Shown: positions 36,017-46,735, numbered from the stretch's first letter. The stretch is DNA of 64,000 nt from an uncultured Gammaproteobacteria bacterium (GCA_964637955.1 CAZWXQ010000005.1:18993-82992), one strand, 5' to 3'. The notes: a model not told the origin generated them from the sequence alone. Made by a program: numbers and translations.

Positions 36017-37027
36017 GTGAATTTATCAAAATTTATAAAAATTAGCGATAATTACTTGCCGCGTTTACCTTTAAATGTGAGGAGTATTAAATGGACAAAT
36101 GACCCTCAAATCTTAAAGACAGATAAGTACTGGGATCAAAAGGATCCATCGCCCGTAGCGATCCCTGATAAAAATAATAATAAAATTGTTTATCACATTT
36201 ACGGCACAAAGGGTGATGACAGAACCCGGCAGTGGGAAATTCTGCATGCAATAAGTAATTCTCCTGGTGGACCATGGACGGAAGTTTCTACCATAGATGC
36301 AGTAATAAAAGGAAAAGGAGTTGCAGCTCCGGGAGTTATCTATGAAGACGAAAGAGTTCATATGTTTTTGCAAACTGAATTTTTATCTTTAGACGGAACA
36401 ATTGAATATCTTACTTCCGATGACGGAGGCTATAGTTTTTACCATCAGGGAACAGTAATAAGATCAAAAAAAGGCACTGACCAAGCTGGAGTTTATGACC
36501 CTCAGCCACTCATAGTACAAACTCCCGGAAAAACAAAAAGATATATTGTTTACACAGGCATGCCTAAAGTAAGTCATGGAGACGTTTTTCTGGCATCCAG
36601 TAGTGCAGGATGGCACGGACCTTATGAAACTAAAAAAATTATAAGCCATGAAGAAATAAACCATCATAATCAACATAATGATCTAGATTATGAATGGGGG
36701 CTAGAAGGAGGAAACATATTGCTTCTTCCAAACGGTAAATTTTTATTTGTTGGAGTGTCATTCCTGCCGACAGGAGAGAGAGGCACCAGACAGCGTGTGT
36801 TCACGGCAATTGCTAGTAAGATTGAAGGACCATATAAAACACTTGGCCCACTTATAAAACCTAAAAAACCTGGAGAAAATGGTCACCCGGGAATAATAAT
36901 TGAAGACAAAACCATAAGGCTTTTTTATCAAGAAAGAGAAGTAGGAGGACCTTGGAGAATTAAAGAGAGAAATATAGACATGAATGAAATAAACCGAATG
37001 CTTAAAAAAGAAAACTTTAACGTATAA
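36017..37027 (+). CDS. Five-bladed beta-propeller glycoside hydrolase (GH43/GH32-like)
   Basis: KDPSP, AAPGV, YDPQP, LEGG, GHP blade motifs. Confidence 0.7.
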   Translation: MNLSKFIKISDNYLPRLPLNVRSIKWTNDPQILKTDKYWDQKDPSPVAIPDKNNNKIVYHIYGTKGDDRTRQWEILHAISNSPGGPWTEVSTIDAVIKGKGVAAPGVIYEDERVHMFLQTEFLSLDGTIEYLTSDDGGYSFYHQGTVIRSKKGTDQAGVYDPQPLIVQTPGKTKRYIVYTGMPKVSHGDVFLASSSAGWHGPYETKKIISHEEINHHNQHNDLDYEWGLEGGNILLLPNGKFLFVGVSFLPTGERGTRQRVFTAIASKIEGPYKTLGPLIKPKKPGENGHPGIIIEDKTIRLFYQEREVGGPWRIKERNIDMNEINRMLKKENFNV

Positions 37028-38263
37028 CTATTCTTTAATTTTGTCTGCAGAGGATTTTTCACGTCTGGATAGATAAATAAACGGAATTGCGCCGAACTGC
37101 AAAAGAGAACCAACCAAGTATGATGCTGAATAACTATAAACATCTGCAACTTTTCCAAGCGCAGGCTGAATAACAATTCCTCCGCTTGAGCCGATAAGTG
37201 AATCAAACGAAAGAACTGTTGCGCGCTGCTCCGATGGGATCAATCCATTTATATAAGTTTGTCTGACTGGCATAAGAGAAGAAAACATAAGACCCCACAA
37301 GAGAATTAGAACTAATGCCAGCCAAAAATTTGTAACAAATGAGACTGAGATAAGAACAATGGCAGAAAAAAGTGTGCCCAAAATTAAAATTGAAGTTCTC
37401 TTGCTGAAAAACCTAGGAAGACGAGAAGCCGTAATCCCTCCAATTATATTTGAAACTGCGACTAACGCAGCTACAAGACCTGCAACAGCATAAGAATTTT
37501 TATCTCCATAAAGCTCAAGAAGATACGGCTGGAGTGCATAAAAAACATAAAAACTTAGTCCCACTAAAAAAGCTTGAGAGAACATAAGATACCTAACAGG
37601 CTTATTCCCAAGTCCATATTCTACAGATTTACTAAATATAAATTTCATTTCAGTAATAGGATTTTTAGGTTTTTTTGGCGAAAAGCCTAAGTCTTTCATA
37701 AGCAAAAAGGCAGTAGCAAAATTTAGAATTAAGATTAACCCTCTTAAAATATAAGGAACACCTAAATTCATGTATTGAGCAATAACTCCACCAGAGATAG
37801 AACCGATTAGCATTGCTACACCTGCTGTTATCTGGCCTTTGGCAAAAATGCTCTCAAGAGTTCCTTTAAAATTAGTGAATTTTAATGCGTCGACCAACCA
37901 AGCCTCTGTTGCACCTGAGAAAAATGCATAACCTATTCCTAAAAACATAGAAGAAACACACCAGCCCCAAAAAGGACCCTGGATTTGCCACATATAATAG
38001 TAAAGAATAGTAGACACAGATAAAGACAAAGTTCCAAGAAGATATGAAGTTCTTCTGCCATAAGTATCAGCAACTATTCCTGTGGGGATTTCAGACAAAA
38101 CCTGTCCAACCGTAAAAAAGGCATTTGCTGCGAAAGCCTGAAAATTTGAAAGACCTGCGCTTAGAAGAAATATTGTATTTATACCCCAAATCAGAGAAGT
38201 AGCTAAAGTGTTCTCGAAAACCAAACTCAAATAAATACTTTGGATACTTTTAAATTTTTTCAT
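37028..38263 (-). CDS. MFS transporter
   Basis: EIPTGIVADTYGRR motif A, SGATEAW, PSEQRATVLS. Confidence 0.92.
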   Translation of the reverse strand: MKKFKSIQSIYLSLVFENTLATSLIWGINTIFLLSAGLSNFQAFAANAFFTVGQVLSEIPTGIVADTYGRRTSYLLGTLSLSVSTILYYYMWQIQGPFWGWCVSSMFLGIGYAFFSGATEAWLVDALKFTNFKGTLESIFAKGQITAGVAMLIGSISGGVIAQYMNLGVPYILRGLILILNFATAFLLMKDLGFSPKKPKNPITEMKFIFSKSVEYGLGNKPVRYLMFSQAFLVGLSFYVFYALQPYLLELYGDKNSYAVAGLVAALVAVSNIIGGITASRLPRFFSKRTSILILGTLFSAIVLISVSFVTNFWLALVLILLWGLMFSSLMPVRQTYINGLIPSEQRATVLSFDSLIGSSGGIVIQPALGKVADVYSYSASYLVGSLLQFGAIPFIYLSRREKSSADKIKE

Positions 38264-38343
38264 TACAAAATAATTTTACTATTTTTTTATTCCAAACTTA
38301 AATACCTGTTGACAAGAAGTTTTCAATCTGTTTTTATATATAT

Positions 38344-38616
38344 ATGGCAAAGAAAAAAACGAAAAGTTCAAGCAAACCAGTCGCTAAATCATCAAGCAAG
38401 TCATCAAAAAGTCATGGTCAATTGTTTGATAGTCATCCGAATTTAATTTGGCTACTTCCTGTATTTCTACTTATTGCCGCAGTTGCAGTAATTATGTATA
38501 AGAATTCACTTAACCCAGTATCATCTGATACTATGGTTCAAGTTGAACAAATCCCTCAAGAAATAAATACTACTACGTCTCCAACAGAAGCTATGGAAGC
38601 TCCATCAGGCTACTAA
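38344..38616 (+). CDS. Small single-TM protein
   Basis: Basic Ser-rich N-terminus and one TM. TTGACA lies upstream. Confidence 0.65.
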   Translation: MAKKKTKSSSKPVAKSSSKSSKSHGQLFDSHPNLIWLLPVFLLIAAVAVIMYKNSLNPVSSDTMVQVEQIPQEINTTTSPTEAMEAPSGY

Positions 38617-38617
38617 T

Positions 38618-38655
38618 CCTATAGTTTGATATTTGTATCCAGTTTGTGTTAAAAT
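38618..38655 (+). promoter_or_regulatory. typA promoter with the CCTATAGT element
   Basis: CCTATAGT-TTGATA-18-TAAAAT. Confidence 0.6.
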
Positions 38656-38685
38656 AGATTCTCACCGCTTGTGTGCGGTTTTTTT

Positions 38686-40509
38686 ATGAAAGATATAAGA
38701 AATATTGCAATTATTGCTCACGTAGATCATGGAAAGACTACTCTCGTTGACGCACTCCTAAAACAATCAAAAACTGTTATGCATAAAGATACTGCAGATT
38801 CTCTAATCATGGACAGCAATGAACTTGAGCAAGAACGTGGAATTACTATTTTTTCTAAAAATGCTTCAGTCACCTGGAATAATACAAAAATAAATATTAT
38901 CGATACACCAGGGCATGCTGACTTCGGCGGAGAAGTAGAAAGAGTTTTAAAAATGGCCGATGGATGCCTACTTTTAATTGATGCCAAAGAAGGACCAATG
39001 CCGCAAACTCGCTTTGTTCTCAAAAAAGCACTTGAAATGAAGCTAAAAATCATAGTTGTAGTAAATAAGATAGATAAACCTGATGCTAGAATTGAATATG
39101 TTTTAGATAAAACTTTAGACTTATTTATTGATTTGGGAGCTGATGACGACGCCCTTGAGTTTCCAGTAATTTATGCATCAGCAAAAAACGGCTTAGCTGG
39201 AAAAGTGCCAGATCTGTCTCAAATGACAGACATTAGTCCGATATTTGATTTGGTTTTAGAACAAATTCCTGCTCCATCAGGTAACCCCGAAGAAGCATTG
39301 CAAATTTTAATAACTACACTTTCAAGAGACACACACAAAGGCAGAATTGCCGTAGGGAGGATTTATAATGGACGCATATCAAAAAATCAAGAAGTTTCTC
39401 AAATAAGACGAAGTGGAGAAATATTAAAACATAAAATTACTTCACTTATAACATTCGTGGGTCTCGACAAAATGGAAGTAGACGAGGCAGAAGCAGGAGA
39501 TATTGTAGCAATTGCTGGAATTGCGGAACCTGAAATAGGAGAAACTATATCAGATCCTATTAATCCTTCAGCTTTGCCTCTTCTTTCAATCGAAGAACCT
39601 ACCATTAGAGCAACATTTATGGTAAATGATTCACCTTTTGCAGGGCGTGAAGGGGAATTTAAAACATCACGTCAAATAAGAGACAGACTTTATAAAGAGC
39701 TTGAAACAGATATGGCACTTCGAGTTGAAGACAATGATAAAGGCTGGCTTGTTTCAGGTCGTGGAGAATTACATCTTGCAATCTTAATTGAAAGAATGAG
39801 AAGAGAGGGATATGAATTCCAGGTAGGAAGGCCTCAAGTGATTAACAAAATGATAGACGGAAAATCATTAACCCCATATGAAAAGGTTTACATAGAAACT
39901 CCAGAAGAATATAGCGGGGCTATAATTCAAAAGATGGGAACAAGACGAGGAGAAATGAAAGACATGAAAACTGAGAATGGAATTTGCTTCATGGAATTTA
40001 TAATAACTACTAAAAATCTTTTTGGTTATAGAAGTGAATTTATAACCGATACAAAAGGCCTAGGAATAATGAACACATTATTTTTTGAATATGGAGAAGA
40101 TAGCGGCTTTTCTATTCAAAGAGACCAGGGCTCCCTTGTTTCTCACGAAAGTGGCGTTACTACCGGATATTCCTTAACAAGTATTCAAGATAGAGGATTA
40201 TTATTTATAGGCCCAGAGACACAAGTCTACAAAGGTCAAGTTATTGGCCAAAATTCTAGAAATGATGATATTCGCGTAAATGCTTGCAAAACAAAACAAT
40301 TAACGAATCACAGATCAAAAGGCGATGGAGTTTCTGTTTACTTTAAGACACCAAAAGAAATGAGTCTTGAAGATGCTCTCGAATACATTTCAGATGATGA
40401 ACTGGTAGAAGTTACTCCAAAAACTATCAGAATTAGAAAACTTATCCTAGATGAAATAGAAGAAAGACGAAAACGCGCAATGGGACTTTCTCCACGACCT
40501 CAGGCTTGA
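38686..40509 (+). CDS. typA: Translational GTPase TypA/BipA
   Basis: IRNIAIIAHVDHGKTTLVD, DTPGHADFGGEVER, GRGELHL, DDELVEVTP motifs. Confidence 0.97.
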   Translation: MKDIRNIAIIAHVDHGKTTLVDALLKQSKTVMHKDTADSLIMDSNELEQERGITIFSKNASVTWNNTKINIIDTPGHADFGGEVERVLKMADGCLLLIDAKEGPMPQTRFVLKKALEMKLKIIVVVNKIDKPDARIEYVLDKTLDLFIDLGADDDALEFPVIYASAKNGLAGKVPDLSQMTDISPIFDLVLEQIPAPSGNPEEALQILITTLSRDTHKGRIAVGRIYNGRISKNQEVSQIRRSGEILKHKITSLITFVGLDKMEVDEAEAGDIVAIAGIAEPEIGETISDPINPSALPLLSIEEPTIRATFMVNDSPFAGREGEFKTSRQIRDRLYKELETDMALRVEDNDKGWLVSGRGELHLAILIERMRREGYEFQVGRPQVINKMIDGKSLTPYEKVYIETPEEYSGAIIQKMGTRRGEMKDMKTENGICFMEFIITTKNLFGYRSEFITDTKGLGIMNTLFFEYGEDSGFSIQRDQGSLVSHESGVTTGYSLTSIQDRGLLFIGPETQVYKGQVIGQNSRNDDIRVNACKTKQLTNHRSKGDGVSVYFKTPKEMSLEDALEYISDDELVEVTPKTIRIRKLILDEIEERRKRAMGLSPRPQA

Positions 40510-40544
40510 CATCTGCTCTAAAATAGCCTATAATACGCAATACT

Positions 40545-41096
40545 ATGGGATCAAGATCAATTATTTTAGCGATAGCACTCATAATTTTTACGGTTATTCT
40601 TGCAATTGTATTTGTAATTGGAAGAGTTAGAACCAATAATTCTCCTGAGAAGAAAGTTGAAGAAACAGTAACTCAAGTTGAAGTTAGAGATGTAGTTCCT
40701 GTAAGAGATATTATCCAAACACCTATGGTATATGCTGGATATAATCTTGAGGTAGATTCAAAAATTGTAGCTTGGGCCACAAATAGAGCATTTTATTTCA
40801 ATACAACAATCGGAGCTGGATTCGCTGGTGGAACTAAAAGAAATTTACTCGTTGTAGCGAAAGAACCATTTAACCTGCCACAAGATCCAAATGATGGAAA
40901 AGTTGGCCTAGGCGAAACAATTAATGTTACTGCAAAAGGAACAGTAGAAATACTAAATAAAGATCAACTAGAAGCTTTACTTGGCATCGATTTTGATGAT
41001 CCAAATAATGACTTATATGACGCTTTTCTCCAAGGATGGACACTTGGACCAGTTTTAGTTTTAGGAGAAGTTGAACCTGTGTCCACTACTAAATAG
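40545..41096 (+). CDS. Hypothetical membrane-anchored protein
   Basis: N-terminal TM, with its own TTGACA-17-TATAAT promoter. Confidence 0.7.
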   Translation: MGSRSIILAIALIIFTVILAIVFVIGRVRTNNSPEKKVEETVTQVEVRDVVPVRDIIQTPMVYAGYNLEVDSKIVAWATNRAFYFNTTIGAGFAGGTKRNLLVVAKEPFNLPQDPNDGKVGLGETINVTAKGTVEILNKDQLEALLGIDFDDPNNDLYDAFLQGWTLGPVLVLGEVEPVSTTK

Positions 41097-41100
41097 CTAC

Positions 41101-41127
41101 TTAAGAAATTCTTAAGCATACTTTCAG
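41101..41127 (+). promoter_or_regulatory. TTAAG-N6-TTAAG(-N6-TTCAG) OmpR-family binding site (autoregulation)
   Basis: Half-sites at 41101, 41112, 41123; TATAAT at 41136. Confidence 0.6.
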
Positions 41128-41149
41128 CAAATTGGTATAATCTAGTATC

Positions 41150-41815
41150 ATGAAAATACTCCTCGTTGAAGACGAACATAAAATTGCCAACTCGATTAAA
41201 AATGGTCTTACCCAAGAAAAATATGTGGTTGATGTTTCCTTTGATGGTCAAAGTGGACTTGATTTAGCAATCTCAGAGAGCTATGACGTGATTATATTAG
41301 ATAGAATGCTTCCAGAAATAAGTGGCGATGAAATCATAACTGAAATAAGAAAAAACAAAATACACACACCAATTCTCATGCTTACCGCCAAAGGAACAAT
41401 TGAAGATAAAGTTGATGGCTTAAACATGGGCGCTGATGATTACTTAACCAAACCTTTTGCATTCCTAGAGCTTCTAGCAAGAATTAAGGCCTTAGCCAGA
41501 AGGCCAAAAAACAAAGTTGATCAAACTTTGACTTACGAGAACATAAGCCTAGATACGCAAAGATATGAAGTTAAAAGAGGAAATAATAAAATTGAATTAT
41601 CCAATAAAGAATTTACCCTTTTAGAGTTTTTCATGAGACATCCTGAAAAAGTTTATAGCAAGGACCAAATTATAGCTAGCGTATGGAGCTATGAATCTGA
41701 TATTTTGCCAAATTCTGTTGAAGTATATGTAAAACACTTGAGAGATAAGCTTGGTAAACCTGATGCAATTACCACTGTCAGGGGATTTGGGTATAAACTA
41801 AAAGTAAAGAAATAA
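41150..41815 (+). CDS. OmpR-family response regulator
   Basis: ILLVEDE, ILDRMLP, GADDYLTKPF, TVRGFGY motifs. Confidence 0.95.
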   Translation: MKILLVEDEHKIANSIKNGLTQEKYVVDVSFDGQSGLDLAISESYDVIILDRMLPEISGDEIITEIRKNKIHTPILMLTAKGTIEDKVDGLNMGADDYLTKPFAFLELLARIKALARRPKNKVDQTLTYENISLDTQRYEVKRGNNKIELSNKEFTLLEFFMRHPEKVYSKDQIIASVWSYESDILPNSVEVYVKHLRDKLGKPDAITTVRGFGYKLKVKK

Positions 41816-41816
41816 T

Positions 41817-42809
41817 ATGTTTGAAAAAACCAGAATTAAGCTTACTACCTGGTATTTGGTAATTATAATGATTATAAGCCTCCTTTTTAGTGTGGTTATA
41901 TATTCTATAGTCAATTCGGAATTCATTAGATTTGAAAGAATGCAGATTCGTATTCAGCAAGAGATTGAAAATGGAATCCAACCTCACGCTCCAAGGTTTG
42001 TTCAGATCGATCCAGATGCTATTAGTGAAGCAAGGGAACACCTAATCACAAGGCTTGCATTAATTAACTTGGCTATATTTATATTTTCAGGTGCTGCTGG
42101 GTATTTTCTTGCAGGCAGAACTTTGAGGCCCATTAAAAACAGCATGGAGGAACAAAAACGTTTTATTTCAGACTCGTCACACGAGCTTCGAACGCCATTA
42201 ACATCACTTAGAAGTGAAATAGAAGTAGGATTACTTGATAAAAATCTAACGCTTATCAAATCAAAGAAAATTCTAGAAAGTAATCTTGAAGAAGTTATTA
42301 GTCTTCAGACTCTTAGCGATAATCTTCTCGAACTTGCACAAAATGGTAAAACAATCAGCAAGGATGCTGATAATATTTCACTAGAAAATATAATTCAAAA
42401 TGCAATTAAGAAACTTGAGCCAATTGCCAAAGCAAAAGAAATAAAAATAGATAATACGGTAAACAAAACAAAAGTAAAAGGAATTGAAGATCGACTTCAG
42501 GAACTTTTCGTGATTCTTATTGATAATGCTATAAAATATTCTCCTAAAAAATCTATTATAGATATAAAATCAAAACAATCTGGAAATAAAATTGAAATTC
42601 TGGTAATTGATCATGGTAGAGGTATTTCTGAAAAAGATTTACCACATATTTTTGATCGTTTTTATAGAAGCGACGAATCCCGTTCTGAAAGCGGATATGG
42701 ACTCGGACTATCAATTGCAAAAAAAATTGCGCAGTCTCATAATGGGGAAATTGAAGCAACAAGTACACTTGGCAAAGGAACACAATTTAAGGTTATTTTA
42801 CCTGCCTAA
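41817..42809 (+). CDS. Sensor histidine kinase
   Basis: Two TMs, SHELRTPL, LIDNAIKYS, DHGRG, GYGLGLSI. Confidence 0.95.
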   Translation: MFEKTRIKLTTWYLVIIMIISLLFSVVIYSIVNSEFIRFERMQIRIQQEIENGIQPHAPRFVQIDPDAISEAREHLITRLALINLAIFIFSGAAGYFLAGRTLRPIKNSMEEQKRFISDSSHELRTPLTSLRSEIEVGLLDKNLTLIKSKKILESNLEEVISLQTLSDNLLELAQNGKTISKDADNISLENIIQNAIKKLEPIAKAKEIKIDNTVNKTKVKGIEDRLQELFVILIDNAIKYSPKKSIIDIKSKQSGNKIEILVIDHGRGISEKDLPHIFDRFYRSDESRSESGYGLGLSIAKKIAQSHNGEIEATSTLGKGTQFKVILPA

Positions 42810-42834
42810 TATTTAGTACAATAAACAGGCTTTT

Positions 42835-42866
42835 TTAAGCTAACTTTAAGGAACCTGCCCTAAAAT
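42835..42866 (+). promoter_or_regulatory. TTAAG-N6-TTAAG box, 10 nt above the -10 TAAAAT
   Basis: ttaag 42835 and 42846; TAAAAT 42861; ATG 42875. Confidence 0.65.
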
Positions 42867-42874
42867 GATTCTAA

Positions 42875-44197
42875 ATGAAATTATTCTTAGGACGGATTTC
42901 GTCCAAAATTAAATCTATCTGGCAAAGGTTTTTAAAATTATCCTTATTTAAAAAGGGGATAATTTTGGTAGTTATTTTGGTGATTATCTTTGCAGGATAT
43001 AAGTTTGCAGAAAGTAAAAAAGATGTTAAACCCGTTTACCAAACGACGGCAGCTGAAAAAGGAACTCTAATCTCCTCAATTACATCGTCTGGAACAATCA
43101 CTTCAGCAAATAGTGCTTCAATCTCGACAAATGCGTCAGGAATCGTAAAAGAAATTTATGTAAAAGACGGAGACTATGTAACTGCAGGACAATCAATTGC
43201 AGCTTTGGAATTAGATCAAGTAAGTCAGCAGAAAGCAACAGCAGCTTACGCCTCTTATTTGTCAGCACAAGCAAGCTTAAATAGTGCTCAGGCAAATATT
43301 AATTCGCTCCAATCTGCGCTATTTAAAGCAAATCAAACATTTGTAAATGGCAAAGGAAGCTCAGCGACTCCTGACACTTCGGACCCCACATATATCCAGC
43401 AGCGTGCGGATTGGCTTCAGGCAGAAGCAAACTATAATAACCAACAAACTGTGATCGCAGCAGCTCAGGCCAACCTTAGTAGCGCATCTATTTCTATGAA
43501 TCAAACATCTTCGACCATAACTGCACCAATCGCAGGCTATATCTCAGGTCTTACCTTAACTGCTGGACTCCCAATTAAATCTACGAGTTCTGACTCCACT
43601 TCAAACGCCTCAGGAACAACGGTTGGAGTGGTAAAACTAGCAGATACTAATCCTCAGGCAAGTGTTAGTCTAACTGAAATCGATGTTACGAAGGTAAAAA
43701 TAGGACAAAAAGTCAGCATGACTCTTGATGCATTGTCTGATAAATCATTTACTGGAAAAGTTGTTTCAATTGATACGACTGGCTCTGTCTCATCTGGAGT
43801 AACTTCATATCCGGTGGTAATAGCGTTTGATACATCACTTGATAATATTTATCCAAATATGAGTGTTAATTCAAATATAATAACCGATGTAAAAGATGAT
43901 GTACTCATCATTCCAACAGCTGCAATTCAAACAATAAATGGCGAAAAATTTGTAAGAGTGAAAAAAGGAGACCAGGTAACGCAAGTTAGTGTAACAACCG
44001 GAAACTCTAATGATACCCAAACAGAAATTACATCAGGACTAAAAGAAGGCGATTTGGTAGTAACTGGATCAGCATCCTTACAAGCTCCAGGTGGACAAAC
44101 TGTCTCTCCATTTGGAAATGCTGGATTTGGAGGAGCCACTAGAGCAACTTCTGTAGGAGGAGCTGGTGGAAACGTAATCAGAATCCAACAAAGATAA
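42875..44197 (+). CDS. Efflux membrane-fusion/adaptor protein (MacA-like)
   Basis: TM, VKDGDYVTAGQ, ITAPIAG, TEITSGLKEGD. Confidence 0.9.
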   Translation: MKLFLGRISSKIKSIWQRFLKLSLFKKGIILVVILVIIFAGYKFAESKKDVKPVYQTTAAEKGTLISSITSSGTITSANSASISTNASGIVKEIYVKDGDYVTAGQSIAALELDQVSQQKATAAYASYLSAQASLNSAQANINSLQSALFKANQTFVNGKGSSATPDTSDPTYIQQRADWLQAEANYNNQQTVIAAAQANLSSASISMNQTSSTITAPIAGYISGLTLTAGLPIKSTSSDSTSNASGTTVGVVKLADTNPQASVSLTEIDVTKVKIGQKVSMTLDALSDKSFTGKVVSIDTTGSVSSGVTSYPVVIAFDTSLDNIYPNMSVNSNIITDVKDDVLIIPTAAIQTINGEKFVRVKKGDQVTQVSVTTGNSNDTQTEITSGLKEGDLVVTGSASLQAPGGQTVSPFGNAGFGGATRATSVGGAGGNVIRIQQR

Positions 44198-44198
44198 T

Positions 44199-44891
44199 AT
44201 GATAAATATTTCTCATGTCCGCAAAGTATACAAAATGGGAGATGTAGAAACTGTTGCACTCTCTGACATTTCATTTAATATCAAAAAAGGTGAATTTGTA
44301 GCCATAATGGGTCCATCTGGATCTGGAAAATCTACACTCATGCATATTCTAGGAGCTCTCGATACTCCTACCTCGGGGAGCTATATTCTCGACGGAGAAG
44401 AAGTTAGCAAGCTTAAAGATGATGAGCTTGCCAAAATAAGAAATCGAAAAATTGGTTTTATTTTCCAGTCGTTTAATTTGCTTCCCAGAACTTCGGCTCT
44501 AAAAAACGTCATGCTTCCGATGAGATACGGAAATGTAGAAAAAAGTAAAAGGCAAGAAACTGCAGAAAAATATCTGGAAATGGTTGGACTTAAAGATCGG
44601 ATGTCGCATACTTCAAGTCAACTTTCAGGCGGCCAGCAGCAAAGAGTAGCAATCGCCCGGGGTCTTTCCATGAATCCTTCGATAATCCTTGCTGATGAAC
44701 CTACTGGAAATATAGCCTCATCTCAAGCCCAAGAAGTCATGGAGATTTTTCAAAAAATAAACAAAGAAGGTCACACGGTAGTAATGATTACACATGAGCC
44801 AGATATTGCAGATTATGCAAAAAGAATAATAACCATAAAGGATGGCAACATAATTTCAGACAAACTTAATAGCAAAATCTTCAAAGTATGA
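44199..44891 (+). CDS. ABC transporter ATP-binding protein (MacB-like)
   Basis: [24 protein letters not shown] motifs. Confidence 0.95.
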   Translation: MINISHVRKVYKMGDVETVALSDISFNIKKGEFVAIMGPSGSGKSTLMHILGALDTPTSGSYILDGEEVSKLKDDELAKIRNRKIGFIFQSFNLLPRTSALKNVMLPMRYGNVEKSKRQETAEKYLEMVGLKDRMSHTSSQLSGGQQQRVAIARGLSMNPSIILADEPTGNIASSQAQEVMEIFQKINKEGHTVVMITHEPDIADYAKRIITIKDGNIISDKLNSKIFKV

Positions 44892-46123
44892 TTAATTCAG
44901 AATTATTTGAAACGTTTATAGAAAGCTTATCTACGCTAACCTTAAATAAACTGCGGACTGGACTAGCTATGCTTGGAATAGTGATTGGAATTGGAAGTGT
45001 TATTGCTCTTTTATCTCTTGGCCAAGCTACACAAAAACAAATAACAAATCAGATTCAATCTCTAGGCGCAAATCTGCTTACGGTCACTCCGGGCTCACAA
45101 ACCGGTGGCGGAGGAGTAAGGGGAGCATTGGGAGGCGGCACTACTTTAACTCTTGAGGATGCAAATGCAATCTCAACTGATCCATCAATAACTACTATTA
45201 ATAACGTTTCGCCTGAGCTTAATTCGCGAGATCAAGTCACCACTGGAAAAAGCAATACAAATGTTCAGATAATTGGAAGCACACAGACCTACCCTGCAGT
45301 TCATAAGCTGGAAATATCAGAAGGATCTTTCATTACTGACTCCCAATCAAATAGTCTATCTCGTGTCGCTGTTGTAGGCCCACAAGTCGTAACAGATCTT
45401 TTTGGTGAGGGAAGTAGCGCAATCGGACAAACCATAAGAATAGCTGGACAATCATTTACAATAATTGGTGTCACTGTTTCAAAAGGTGGCACTGGATTTC
45501 TTAACCAAGACAATATAATTTATGTTCCTCTGAAAACTGCACAAAAACAGCTTTTTGGTCAAGATTACTTAAGCTCTATAGCTCTTGAGGCAAAAAGTCC
45601 TGAATTAATGACCCAGGCCCAAAGCGAAGTAGGATATCTTCTTTTAAATAGACATAAGCTATCTGATCCCGCTGAAGCCGACTTTTCTATTTTTTCTCAA
45701 CAAGATATTCTAAATGCTGTTTCTTCAACAACTGGCACATTTACAGCGCTTCTTTCAGGTATTGCGGCAATTTCTCTACTTGTAGGAGGCATTGGAATTA
45801 TGAATATAATGCTTGTGACTGTAACTGAAAGAACTCGCGAAATAGGCCTTAGAAAAGCTCTGGGAGCCACAAAAAATACTATAGTAACTCAATTTTTATT
45901 CGAAGCTGTGATTCTTACTTTTATAGGCGGAATCATAGGAATGATTGGTGGAATAATTGTGTTTTTTGGGATTTCTAAATTTGCTAATTTTCCATTCATT
46001 ATTTCAGTCCCGTCAATTTTCTTAGCATTACTCGTAAGCGGAGTTATCGGAATTATCTTCGGATGGTATCCTGCAAGAAGAGCCGCAAATTTACAACCAA
46101 TTGAAGCATTAAGATTTGAATAG
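44888..46123 (+). CDS. ABC transporter permease (MacB/FtsX-like)
   Basis: NKLRTGLAMLGIVIG, TERTREIGLRKALGA, PIEALRFE motifs. Confidence 0.95.
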   Translation: MINSELFETFIESLSTLTLNKLRTGLAMLGIVIGIGSVIALLSLGQATQKQITNQIQSLGANLLTVTPGSQTGGGGVRGALGGGTTLTLEDANAISTDPSITTINNVSPELNSRDQVTTGKSNTNVQIIGSTQTYPAVHKLEISEGSFITDSQSNSLSRVAVVGPQVVTDLFGEGSSAIGQTIRIAGQSFTIIGVTVSKGGTGFLNQDNIIYVPLKTAQKQLFGQDYLSSIALEAKSPELMTQAQSEVGYLLLNRHKLSDPAEADFSIFSQQDILNAVSSTTGTFTALLSGIAAISLLVGGIGIMNIMLVTVTERTREIGLRKALGATKNTIVTQFLFEAVILTFIGGIIGMIGGIIVFFGISKFANFPFIISVPSIFLALLVSGVIGIIFGWYPARRAANLQPIEALRFE

Positions 46124-46249
46124 AATTAATATAATTAAAAATTGAAATTAAATAAAATTGGATATCCATTTTAGCCTATGGCTAAAAGGATCCAAGATGT
46201 TACTAAGCTTTTTTAAAAAAAGCAAGTAAATCTAGGAGGAGGTGATTAT

Positions 46250-46717
46250 ATGAAAAACCAATTAATAATAGGCGTTGTAGTTGCTTTAGCTCTCGGTGGA
46301 GCTTTAGGGTTTGTGGGCGGTATGCAATATCAAAAATCTCAGAAACCTGACATGATGGCATTCACGACTGGCTCTCAATCAGGACAGGCAATAGTGGGCA
46401 GAAGAGAAGGCGGAAATACTACATTTGCGATGCGTACAGGAGGACCAAATGGAGGTGGAGCCGTTGGGGAAATTATTTCAGCAGATGATAAATCAATCAC
46501 TGTTAAACTTCCTGATGGAAGCAGCAAAATAATTCTTATTAATAGTAAAACTTCAATAAATAAATCTTCGGAAGGAAGTATTGAAGATCTAAAAACAGGT
46601 GAAAGCGTAGCTGCATTTGGAGAAGGTAACTCAGATGGATCAATTACTGCGGTAAGCATTCAATTAAATCCACAAATGAGAATAATGACAAGACCAAGCG
46701 GTGAACCACAACAATAA
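46250..46717 (+). CDS. DUF5666-like exported accessory protein
   Basis: TM, GEIISADDKSITVKLPDGSSKII, DGSITAVSIQLNP. Strong SD GGAGGAGGTGA. Confidence 0.7.
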   Translation: MKNQLIIGVVVALALGGALGFVGGMQYQKSQKPDMMAFTTGSQSGQAIVGRREGGNTTFAMRTGGPNGGGAVGEIISADDKSITVKLPDGSSKIILINSKTSINKSSEGSIEDLKTGESVAAFGEGNSDGSITAVSIQLNPQMRIMTRPSGEPQQ

Positions 46718-46735
46718 GTTAAGGAACATAGAATT

